A DNA stretch of 64,000 bases from Acidobacteriota bacterium. Lineage in GTDB: Bacteria; Acidobacteriota; Vicinamibacteria; Vicinamibacterales; JAKQTR01. This document shows positions 56,484 to 64,000 of this stretch, one piece after another. A program made the position numbers and the translations under genes. The notes under the pieces are model-generated. The model was not told the DNA's origin and did not search any database. It saw only the letters and a list, made by a program, of their open reading frames with translations. The stretch is taken from contig JAKQTR010000016.1 of the NCBI GenBank assembly GCA_029562975.1, forward strand, positions 124,765 to 188,764, written 5' to 3'. Position 1 is the stretch's first letter; each line of letters begins with the position of its first letter.

Positions 56484-56512
56484 TTGACAGGCAGATTTCA
56501 AGATGATATCAC
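56484..56512 (+). promoter_or_regulatory. Near-consensus sigma70 promoter of the SPFH-RHH pair (-35 TTGACA, 17 nt, -10 TATCAC)
   Basis: TTGACA at 56484-56489 and TATCAC at 56507-56512 in an AT-rich patch. SD AAGGAGG at 56526-56532, ATG at 56540. Confidence 0.6.
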
Positions 56513-56539
56513 TTAGAAAGCACGCAAGGAGGCTCCTCC

Positions 56540-57412
56540 ATGATCCGTGAAATCCAGCGGGACGCGTTGTCGGGGTGGGTGATGCTGCCCGTCCAACTCG
56601 CCGTACTGGTCGTGTCGGTCCTCGGCTTCATCGCCGCGGTCCGCCCGCCGGCGAGCGCCTGGCCGGTCATCGCCTGGCTGCTGGTCTTCCTGGCCAACTT
56701 CATCTGCTGGCTTGGGTTCTTCGTCGTGAACCCCAACGAGGCCAAGGTCCTCCAGATCTTCGGCAAGTACGTCGGCAGCGTGAAGTCGCCGGGGCTCCGC
56801 TGGGCGAATCCCTTCTTCTCGAAGCGGCGCATTTCCCAGCGCATCCGCAACTTCGAGACCACGCGCCTGAAGGTGAACGATCGCGAGGGCAATCCGATCG
56901 AGATTGCGGCGGTCGTCGTCTGGAAGGTGGTGGAGACAGCCGAGGCCTGCTTCGAGGTGGATGACTACAACAACTACGTGCACGTCCAGAGCGAAGCTGC
57001 GCTGCGCAACCTGTCGACGAGCTACGCCTACGATTCCCACGTCGAGCACCAGATGTCGCTTCGGGGCAACACGGCCGAAGTCGCGGAGCACCTGAAGACG
57101 GAGATTCAGGACCGGCTGGCGAAAGCGGGCGTCGAGGTCATCGAGGCGCGCATCAGCCACCTCGCCTACGCACCGGAGATTGCGGCGGCCATGCTCCAGC
57201 GGCAGCAGGCGTCGGCGATCATCGCGGCGCGGACGCGTATCGTCGAGGGCGCGGTCGGCATGGTGGAAATGGCGCTCGACCGGCTCAACGAGAAAGCCAT
57301 CGTCACCCTGGACGAGGAGCGCAAGGCGACGATGGTGAGCAACCTGCTCGTGGTGCTGTGCGGGGAGCGGGCCGCGCAGCCCGTGGTGAACACCGGCTCG
57401 CTGTACCAGTAG
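56540..57412 (+). CDS. SPFH/Band 7 (stomatin-prohibitin-flotillin-HflK/C) domain membrane protein
   Basis: Two N-terminal TMs, then [17 protein letters not shown]...PGLRWANPF...[24 protein letters not shown]...[12 protein letters not shown]. Confidence 0.88.
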   Translation: MIREIQRDALSGWVMLPVQLAVLVVSVLGFIAAVRPPASAWPVIAWLLVFLANFICWLGFFVVNPNEAKVLQIFGKYVGSVKSPGLRWANPFFSKRRISQRIRNFETTRLKVNDREGNPIEIAAVVVWKVVETAEACFEVDDYNNYVHVQSEAALRNLSTSYAYDSHVEHQMSLRGNTAEVAEHLKTEIQDRLAKAGVEVIEARISHLAYAPEIAAAMLQRQQASAIIAARTRIVEGAVGMVEMALDRLNEKAIVTLDEERKATMVSNLLVVLCGERAAQPVVNTGSLYQ

Positions 57413-57419
57413 GACCGCC

Positions 57420-57614
57420 GTGGCAGAGCGCAAGCCCTTTCTGCTCCGGCTGAGCCCGGAAGTCCATGAGTCGCTGCAGCGGTGGGCGAACGACGAGGTG
57501 CGCAGCCTGAACGCGCAGATCGAATTCCTGCTTCGCCGCGCGCTCCGAGACGCGGGACGGCTCAAGCCCGGTCTCCCTGCGCAAACGGGCCGCCGTTCGA
57601 ACGGCGGCCCGTGA
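57420..57614 (+). CDS. Arc/MetJ-type ribbon-helix-helix DNA-binding protein
   Basis: [38 protein letters not shown] shows the Arc-like beta-strand plus two helices pattern. GTG start is 7 nt after the SPFH stop. Confidence 0.7.
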   Translation: MAERKPFLLRLSPEVHESLQRWANDEVRSLNAQIEFLLRRALRDAGRLKPGLPAQTGRRSNGGP

Positions 57615-57643
57615 GTCCGGCGAGGCCCGCAACCAGGCGCGCC

Positions 57644-57871
57644 TCAGCCTTCTTCCTCGAATCCTTCTTCCCTCGGCGGCAGGAACCGCGTCGGCACCCT
57701 CAGGGCCTCGCGGTAGTCGTAGAGCGGGAGGCCGGTCACGTGCCACGACACGCCGCATCCCGGCGACTTCAGGTCGAGCATGACCGTCACGGGGCTGCCT
57801 TCGACGCCCTCGCGGAAACTCACACGGCACCCGCAGGCCAGGCGCGCGTGTGCAATCCCTTTCAGAGCCAC
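57644..57871 (-). CDS. Small Cys-containing hypothetical protein (75 aa) downstream of tlpA-like gene
   Basis: GTG start is 11 nt after the TlpA-like stop. Third-position GC is high throughout. Four Cys sit in LACGCRVSF and SPGCGVSWH, with an acidic tail EEGFEEEG. No obvious SD. Confidence 0.5.
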   Translation of the reverse strand: MALKGIAHARLACGCRVSFREGVEGSPVTVMLDLKSPGCGVSWHVTGLPLYDYREALRVPTRFLPPREEGFEEEG

Positions 57872-57883
57872 GGTCCGATCATA

Positions 57884-58423
57884 CTACAGGAGCGCGAGGA
57901 TCTCTTTTTCGAACTGGGCCTTGGGCTTCAAGCCCATGTGCCGCTTGCAGATCCTGCCATCCCGGCTGATGAGCAGCGTTGTGGGCAGCCCGTACACCGG
58001 CCCGAAGGCGTCGTGGACGTCGTCGCGCCCGAGGCCCTGGAGGACGGGGTAGTTCATGGCGAACTCGGCGACGAAGGGCTTCAGCTTGGCGAGCGTGTCG
58101 TCGGAGGAGATCCCGACCACGGTGAACCCGCGGGGCTTGTACTTCTCCTGGAACTCGATGAACCACGGGATCTCGATCTTGCACGGGCCGCACCAGGTAG
58201 CCCAGAAGTCGAGCAGGACCACCTTGCCCTTGAACGACGTCAAGCTGACGTCCCGGCCGTCGAGGTCCTTGAGCGTGAAACCCAGGTTCGCAGCCTTCGC
58301 CCCGGGGTCGCAGGCCTGAGACTGGTCGGCTCCGGCCATCCACCCCCCGCGCCCGGCGCCGCTGATGGCCACCGCGGCCAGCCCCACGGCCGCGACTGCG
58401 GCCACCATCCACCGTGTGCTCAT
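57884..58423 (-). CDS. TlpA/ResA-family thiol:disulfide oxidoreductase (periplasmic thioredoxin-like)
   Basis: N-terminal TM/signal MSTRWMVAAVAAVGLAAVAI. Active site FWATWCGPCKIEIP, GLPTTLLI. ATG 58423; the track ORF 57884..60343 is over-extended. Confidence 0.88.
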   Translation of the reverse strand: MSTRWMVAAVAAVGLAAVAISGAGRGGWMAGADQSQACDPGAKAANLGFTLKDLDGRDVSLTSFKGKVVLLDFWATWCGPCKIEIPWFIEFQEKYKPRGFTVVGISSDDTLAKLKPFVAEFAMNYPVLQGLGRDDVHDAFGPVYGLPTTLLISRDGRICKRHMGLKPKAQFEKEILALL

Positions 58424-58748
58424 CGTTCTTCCCCCGGCGCCCCGTTCTGGGTCGGCGCGCCTCCGCAGTCTCTTCCGCCCCAGCCGGCCTGGGCCCGATC
58501 CTGGAGCCGCCATGGCGTCCGGGCCGCGCTCCGGAGGCCAGCCAGACGGGCGTGCGAGAGCGCCTCCGGGCCGCTCGATCCAGTCTGACAGACGGGCGTG
58601 GCCTGAGGGAAGCGCAAAGCGAGCGGCGCGAGGCGCTCCGTCCCCGTTCTTCCAAGGATGCAGGCCGGACGCTCCGGGATTCACGCTTCCGCGGTGCGCC
58701 GGCGGCGCGGCCTCGGCCAGACGCGAGGCGCCGGCGGCATGCCGGCCG

Positions 58749-58777
58749 TTGCGGCCGCGTCGTGCTGACGCTAACAT
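58749..58777 (+). promoter_or_regulatory. Candidate promoter of the Omp85-fusion gene (-35 TTGCGG, 17 nt, -10 TAACAT)
   Basis: TTGCGG at 58749-58754, TAACAT at 58772-58777. SD GAGGTGG precedes ATG 58826. Sequence match only. Confidence 0.3.
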
Positions 58778-58825
58778 GGGTAGCGGTGTCAGCTCGCCCC
58801 TGGTAACCGTCCGCGAGGTGGTGGT

Positions 58826-61800
58826 ATGCGCAAGCGCCCGACGCGTTTGGCGATGGCGCTCTGGCTGGCTGCCGTCGTCGCCCTGGTCGGAGTGTCGATG
58901 GCCGGGTCCGCGGCAGCCCAGACGCCGTACGTCCCCTACTACGGCAAGAACTTCGTCCGGTATGACCGTTTCGACTGGCAGATCTACACGACGGAGCATT
59001 TCGAGATCTACTACTACACCGCCCTCGAGAGGCATCTCGAGCGCGTGGCGGGCTACGCCGAGAGCGCCTATCAGCACATCAGTTCGGAGCTGAAGCACGA
59101 TCTCGCGTTCAAGGTTCCGCTGATCCTGTTCAAGACGCACAGCGAGTTCGAGCAGCAGAACGTCGTCACCGGGGCGGCGCAGGAAGGCGTCGGCGCGTTC
59201 GCCGAGTCGGATCACAACCGCGTGCTGATCCCGCTCGACGATCCGCCCGACCTGCTGTACCGCCTGATCGTCCACGAGTTGACGCACGTCTTCCAGTTCG
59301 ACATCGTGCCGCAGTCGCTCCTCAGGCAGAGCATGCCGCTGTGGGTGGCCGAAGGCATGTCGGACTACATGACCGGCGTCTGGCGCCCGATCGACCTGAT
59401 GACGATCCGCGACGCCGCCATCGCGGACATCATCCCGAAGATGAGCGAGATGGAGGGGTACGGCAACACCAGCAACCCGCGGCTGGTCTACAACCTGGGA
59501 CATGCGGCCCTCGAGTTCATCGAGTCGAAGTGGGGGAAGGAAGGGCTGCGGCAGTTCCTGTTCGCGCTCCGCAAGGGGATCGTGGGCGGCGGTGAAGGCG
59601 CGTACAAGGAGGCCTTCCAGCTGTCGGGCGAGGAGTTCGACCAGCAGTTCGACCGGTATCTCAAGGCCCGGTTCAAGCCGTTCCGCGACAAGGAGACGCC
59701 GGCGGACTACGGGCGGAACCTGGCGCCGAAGCCGGAGAAGACCCGGTACGGCCAGGCGCTGACCGTCGAGCCGTCGCCCTCGGGCGATCTGCTGGCGGCG
59801 GTGACGCTGAACTACCGGGACCAGGAAGTCGACATCGTGCTCCTGTCGGCGAAGGACGGCAAGGTCATCCGCAATCTCACGCCGGGCTTCGACCAGGGCA
59901 TGGGCTTCGACTACATCGTGACGCCGGGAAGCCGCTGGATCACGGTCCCGTGGCTCGCTTGGTCGCCCTCCGGCGACCGCCTGGCGTACGTCGTCCGCAA
60001 GGAGAAGTCGAAGTCCATCGTCGTCCAGAACGTCGTCACGCGGAAGATCGAGCAGCGCATCGATCTGAAGACCGTGGACGAGCCCGAGTCGCCGAGCTTC
60101 TCGCCCGACGGGGCGTCGCTCGCCTTCGCGGCGAACCAGGACGGGATCTCGGACATCTTCACCGTCGATCTGGCGACGGAGCGGGTCACCAACGTGACCA
60201 GGGACGACCTGGCGAACTACGGGCCGACTTACGCCCCGGACGGCGCGTCCATCGTGTACCTCTCGCGCGTGAGCGGAAACGAGAAGCTGTTCTCGATCGA
60301 TCTGGCGACGGGCCGGAAGACGCAGCTCACCTTCGGCACGCACGACGACGCGGCGGCGCGCTTCCTGGACGCGGAGACGATCGTCTTTCCGTCAACCGCG
60401 ATGGACCCGGACACCGCAATCGAACCCGAGATCGCGCGCAACGGCAACGCGTTCAACCTGTGGACGCTCGGCCTGAAGACGGGCGAGCTGAAGCAGTGGA
60501 CTGACGCGCTCGGCGGGAACTTCTCGCCGGCCGTGCTCCGCGACGGCGCCTCGTCGCGGATCGCGTTCGTGGCGTACTACAAGGGCGGGTACGAACTGCA
60601 CACCCTGGACCGCAAGGAGCCGGTGCTGGTCGCGGCGGCCTCCGACTTCGGCGCGCCTGGGCCCCTCATCGACTTCCAGGCGCCGCTCTCGCACGCCCTG
60701 GTGGCCGAGAACAAGCGGCGCAAGCGGTCCTGGGACAAGCTGTTCATGGAAGGCCGGCCCTCCATCGCCCTCGGCGTGACGAGCGGCAGCGACCTGTTCG
60801 GGGGCACGGCCCTGTCCTTCTCGGACGTCCTCGGCGACCGCCGCATCGACGCGATGTTCGCCGAGATGGCCCAGTACCGGATGTACGGCGTCACGATGAT
60901 CAACCTCGAGCGCCGCTTGAACTACGCGGTGCAGGCCTACTGGCAGGACCTTTTCTACTACGGGAACGTCGCCGGGGTGTACTACGATCCCTACTACGCC
61001 CCCTACATCGACCGCGACCTCGCGACCTCGGTGCGGAGCAACCGCGGCGCGTCGCTCTACGGCATCTACCCGTTCGATCGCTACCGGCGCCTCGAGTTCT
61101 CGGGCGGGTTCGGGCACATCGCCGAACGATACACCGACGAGGCGCTCGAGGAGCTGGCCCGGCAGTACCAGCAGGCCGCCTACGGGTCCGCGCTGTACCG
61201 CAGGGGCTGGTACGTGCCGCTCACGATGGCGTTCGTGCAGGAGACGACGATCTTCCGCGAGTACGGCCCGCTTTCCGGCAGCACCATGCGCCTGGCGTAC
61301 GAGGTCGCCCCCAAGCTAGGCGGCGGAACGCTGTCCTGGCAGGCGGTCGATCTCGACATCCGCAAGTACTTCAAGCTTGGCTCGTCGTCGCTCGTCGCCG
61401 TGCGGGGGCGCGGCTTCCGAAGCTGGGGCGCGAACCCGTCGTTCACGTACTACGGCGGCAACTCCGACATGCGGGGGTACGACTACCTCGAGTTCGCCGG
61501 GCAGAACTCGGTCTACGCGAACGCCGAGCTCCGGTTCCCCCTCATCCACGCCATGGCCACGCCCATCGGGGTGCTGGGAGGCATCCGCGGCGTGGCGTTC
61601 TTCAACGTCGGCGGCGCATGGTGGAGCAACACCGGCTTCAAGTTCTCCACCACCGAGAGCGAGGTGGTCAGGCCGATCACCGGCTACACGCTCGACGCGG
61701 CCGGGAACCTCGGGTACCTGTACGGAGACCCGGTGCAGGTGGACGGCTTCCGCCTCGTGAACGGTCGCGCCTCCTACGGCTTCGGCCTCACGGCGTTCGC

Positions 61801-61945
61801 CTTCGGGTTCCCCGTCCACTTCGACTGGTCGTGGAGAACGCTCTTCAACAAACCGTGGGAGGACGCCGTGTTCGCGCTGTCCGACGGCGGCGGCGCCAAG
61901 TGGCGGAGGCCCCGCTTCCAGTTCTGGATCGGGTACGACTTCTAG
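58826..61945 (+). CDS. Outer-membrane Omp85/BamA-TamA-family beta-barrel fused to an N-terminal Peptidase_MA-like (HExxH) domain and a TolB-like PD40 beta-propeller
   Basis: Signal peptide. IVHELTHVF...PLWVAEGMSDY (gluzincin HExxH...EG pattern). PD40 repeats (WSPSGDRLAYV, FSPDGASLAFAA, YAPDGASIVYLS). C-terminal barrel has loop-6 motif SDMRGYDY and terminal beta-signal RFQFWIGYDF. Confidence 0.82.
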   Translation: MRKRPTRLAMALWLAAVVALVGVSMAGSAAAQTPYVPYYGKNFVRYDRFDWQIYTTEHFEIYYYTALERHLERVAGYAESAYQHISSELKHDLAFKVPLILFKTHSEFEQQNVVTGAAQEGVGAFAESDHNRVLIPLDDPPDLLYRLIVHELTHVFQFDIVPQSLLRQSMPLWVAEGMSDYMTGVWRPIDLMTIRDAAIADIIPKMSEMEGYGNTSNPRLVYNLGHAALEFIESKWGKEGLRQFLFALRKGIVGGGEGAYKEAFQLSGEEFDQQFDRYLKARFKPFRDKETPADYGRNLAPKPEKTRYGQALTVEPSPSGDLLAAVTLNYRDQEVDIVLLSAKDGKVIRNLTPGFDQGMGFDYIVTPGSRWITVPWLAWSPSGDRLAYVVRKEKSKSIVVQNVVTRKIEQRIDLKTVDEPESPSFSPDGASLAFAANQDGISDIFTVDLATERVTNVTRDDLANYGPTYAPDGASIVYLSRVSGNEKLFSIDLATGRKTQLTFGTHDDAAARFLDAETIVFPSTAMDPDTAIEPEIARNGNAFNLWTLGLKTGELKQWTDALGGNFSPAVLRDGASSRIAFVAYYKGGYELHTLDRKEPVLVAAASDFGAPGPLIDFQAPLSHALVAENKRRKRSWDKLFMEGRPSIALGVTSGSDLFGGTALSFSDVLGDRRIDAMFAEMAQYRMYGVTMINLERRLNYAVQAYWQDLFYYGNVAGVYYDPYYAPYIDRDLATSVRSNRGASLYGIYPFDRYRRLEFSGGFGHIAERYTDEALEELARQYQQAAYGSALYRRGWYVPLTMAFVQETTIFREYGPLSGSTMRLAYEVAPKLGGGTLSWQAVDLDIRKYFKLGSSSLVAVRGRGFRSWGANPSFTYYGGNSDMRGYDYLEFAGQNSVYANAELRFPLIHAMATPIGVLGGIRGVAFFNVGGAWWSNTGFKFSTTESEVVRPITGYTLDAAGNLGYLYGDPVQVDGFRLVNGRASYGFGLTAFAFGFPVHFDWSWRTLFNKPWEDAVFALSDGGGAKWRRPRFQFWIGYDF

Positions 61946-62023
61946 GCGGCGCGGCCGCCGTCCGAGGCCGGGCGGCGGCCAACGCCCCGGGGCGGATCGC
62001 TCCCTCCGGGGCGCTGGCCCGCC

Positions 62024-63535
62024 TCAGGAGGAGGTCAGGCGGAGCTCGGCGCGATCGAGGTCGATGGCCACGCGGTACCGGCTGAGGAAGCGGTGCCCCA
62101 CGATGCCGCCGAGGTCGTAGCCAAGCAGCACGCTCGGCGCGCGCAGGTTGAGGACGACGACCGACAGCCTCCTGAACCGGATGTCGGCGAACGCCAGGTC
62201 GACGCCCGGAAGGAGGTAGGCGTCCCGGTCCCACCCGGACGCGCCGAAGACCTTCAGGCCGATCTTCCGCGTGACCAGAGGCGGCAGCACCTTGGCCGTG
62301 TCCGCGCTGATCGAGATCACCTCGCCGCCCGTGTCCACGACGAAGCTCCGCGGGTGGTCGATGCCGACGGTGCCCCGCACCGTCGCGAGGCGGTTCATCC
62401 ACAGCGGCAGGGTGACGTCGGCGGGGCCGTCGTCAGGCAGGCGCCGCGCGAGCGTCAGGATCCGCCGCCGGTAGTCCACGCCGACCGAGAGGCCCATGGC
62501 CAGCGGCGACAGGCTCTCCCCTTCCGGCGCCGGCAGCTCGCGCAGCGCGGGGCTCTTCAGGATGCAGGGCACGCGCTTGACCTTGATTGGCCCCACCTCG
62601 AGCTTCTCGATCCGGCCGAGCTGGAGCACGCGCATGCCGACCTCTCCGACGCCGGCGCTGACCGTGTAGGTGACGCCCGCCACGCGCTCCCGCTCGCCCG
62701 TGTCCCTCGAAATCGTCGTCAGCTCGGCGCCGGTGTCCACGACGAAGTCCAACGGCTGACTGCCATTGACGCGGCCCCTGACGAGGATCTTGTCCTGCTC
62801 GAGGCGGAATGGCAGCGTGTACACCCGGTCCGGATCCGAGATGAACTCGTAGGGCGCCTTTTTCCCGAACGACGACAGGAATCTCAGCTCCGCGCCGGCG
62901 AGCGCCGCGCGCGGGTCCGCGATCCCCTTCGGCAGGAGGTCGATGAAGCTGCTCAGGGCGCCGGCGGCCGCATCATAGCGGCCGAGCCGCTCGTAGACGT
63001 TGCCGAGGGTATGGTGGAACTCGGCCTCCTTCGGCTCCAGACCGACGGCCAGCAGGCTGTGCTCGAGCGCCTGGTCGTGGCGGCTGCGCGCCATCAAGGC
63101 GCGGGCGAGACCGTTGTGCCCGCGGGGCTGCTCCGGGTCGATCGCGAGGGATTCCCGGAACGCCGCTTCGGCCTCCGCGAACAGCCCCGCCGACCACAGG
63201 GCGTCGCCGTAGACGGCCCGGGCCTCGGGGTCGCCGCGGCTCTCGTCGCGCAGCCGGGCGGCCTCGTCGCGCACCGCCGCGAAGTCGCCGATCCGCATGG
63301 CGGCCTGCACGGCGCCGACCCGGGCCTCCACGCGCGCGCGGCCCTCGGCCGAGGCCAGCGCCGTCCGGAAGGCCGCGAGCGCCTCGCCGTAGCGCGCCTC
63401 GGCGTAGAGCAGCTTGCCGAGCTGCAGGTGGATTTCAGGGGTGTCCGTCAGCGGCGCGCCGCGGAGGGCCGCGACGAGGCCGACGGCCGCGAGCAGCGTG
63501 GACAGCGCCACTGGGAGGCGAGCGGTGGTGGGCAT
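62024..63535 (-). CDS. TPR-repeat protein with two tandem retropepsin-like aspartyl protease domains
   Basis: Signal/TM, TPR-like helices (LYAEARYGEALAAFRTAL, GDALWSAGLFAEAEAAFRESLAIDP, LGNVYERLGRYDAAAGAL). Two D-T-G motifs: LDFVVDTGAELTTIS and SFVVDTGGEVISIS. GGAGACGGAGGG lies upstream of the ATG. Confidence 0.8.
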   Translation of the reverse strand: MPTTARLPVALSTLLAAVGLVAALRGAPLTDTPEIHLQLGKLLYAEARYGEALAAFRTALASAEGRARVEARVGAVQAAMRIGDFAAVRDEAARLRDESRGDPEARAVYGDALWSAGLFAEAEAAFRESLAIDPEQPRGHNGLARALMARSRHDQALEHSLLAVGLEPKEAEFHHTLGNVYERLGRYDAAAGALSSFIDLLPKGIADPRAALAGAELRFLSSFGKKAPYEFISDPDRVYTLPFRLEQDKILVRGRVNGSQPLDFVVDTGAELTTISRDTGERERVAGVTYTVSAGVGEVGMRVLQLGRIEKLEVGPIKVKRVPCILKSPALRELPAPEGESLSPLAMGLSVGVDYRRRILTLARRLPDDGPADVTLPLWMNRLATVRGTVGIDHPRSFVVDTGGEVISISADTAKVLPPLVTRKIGLKVFGASGWDRDAYLLPGVDLAFADIRFRRLSVVVLNLRAPSVLLGYDLGGIVGHRFLSRYRVAIDLDRAELRLTSS

Positions 63536-63625
63536 GCGCCCTCCGTCTCCGGGACGTCCGAGGCGATTCGCTCCGGCAAGAGCGGCCGCAGCCGGCGGCC
63601 TCGGCCGCCCGCAGTCGTCCGCGCG

Positions 63626-64000
63626 TCAGCGCGTGTACTGCGTGATGGGCAGCCCGTCGTACATGTCGTCGATGCGCAGCACCTGGGCCGCCCGGCTGTA
63701 CGAGCCGAGCTCGTAGTCCTCGCTCATGACGAGGGCCTTGATGGGCTTCGTCGGGCAGACCTCCGAGCACAGGCCGCAGAAGCTGCACCGCGACAGGTTG
63801 AAGTCGAAGTAGTCGAGGGCCTTCAGCTTCATGCCCGGTTCGCGGTGCCCTCCCAGCGAGAGCAGATCGTCCGGGCACGCCTTCGCGCACTGGTCGCACA
63901 CAATGCAGACCTGCGCGCCCGACTCCGGATCGACCTGGAGGCGCAGCACTCCGCGGAAACGCGGCGACACCTGCCGGCGCTCCGCGGGGTACTGAAACGT
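63626..64000 (-). CDS. nuoI: NADH-quinone oxidoreductase subunit I (5' end outside window)
   Basis: TFQYPAERRQVSPRFRG... and two CxxCxxCxxxCP motifs (CIVCDQCAKACP, CSFCGLCSEVCP). The frame stays open to the window edge. Confidence 0.9.
   Translation of the reverse strand, partial: TFQYPAERRQVSPRFRGVLRLQVDPESGAQVCIVCDQCAKACPDDLLSLGGHREPGMKLKALDYFDFNLSRCSFCGLCSEVCPTKPIKALVMSEDYELGSYSRAAQVLRIDDMYDGLPITQYTR

Overview
Very GC-rich bacterial chromosomal segment (about 70% by eye, not computed), densely coding on both strands. I support about 50 protein genes. I found no rRNA, tRNA, CRISPR array, transposase, integrase or phage gene.

Family signatures suggest an Acidobacteriota-like origin; this is inference only. 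They are a VWFA-related acidobacterial-type protein, a CarboxypepD_reg protein, FtsX/MacB-type permeases without an adjacent ATPase, and a peptidase-TolB-Omp85 fusion.

Content, left to right:
- MacA-like adaptor, ABC ATPase and two FtsX permeases
- DUF2207 and VWA proteins
- DPP-IV, thrBC, an alanine/glycine:cation symporter, and a DMT/GRP-like transporter
- A phospholipase-B-like Ntn hydrolase coupled to a NosL-like lipoprotein
- pheST, a lipid kinase, an M28 peptidase, ogt, an amidohydrolase, and a PNPOx-like protein
- A second permease pair, divergent from an adaptor that is coupled to a Mo-bisPGD oxidoreductase and yggX
- SSS transporter and an SGNH+MBOAT pair
- pxpABC (PxpC fused to a biotinyl domain), MgtC-DUF4010, YvcK, and glgX
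- Two GT-C-like membrane proteins flanking a DinB-family gene
- An alpha/beta hydrolase and iorAB plus a Cys-His fold protein
- SPFH plus an Arc-like RHH, and TlpA plus a small Cys-rich ORF
- A peptidase_MA-TolB-Omp85 outer-membrane fusion, a TPR protein with tandem retropepsin domains, and nuoI (5' end cut by the window edge)

Many long ORFs in the supplied track are GC-driven shadow ORFs or carry spurious N-terminal extensions. I trimmed starts using SD motifs, ATGA/GTGA stop-start overlaps and third-position GC.

No defence-island-like or mobile system is evident, and I cannot point to one clear novel system. The most unusual items are:
- the PLBD-like/NosL-like pair
- the POTRA-less Omp85 fusion with its TlpA/Cys-peptide neighbour
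- the PxpC-BCCP fusion
- the ATPase-less permease pair with an adaptor coupled to a cytoplasmic molybdoenzyme
- several apparently leaderless promoters

All family calls come from motifs recalled from memory. No searches were run.
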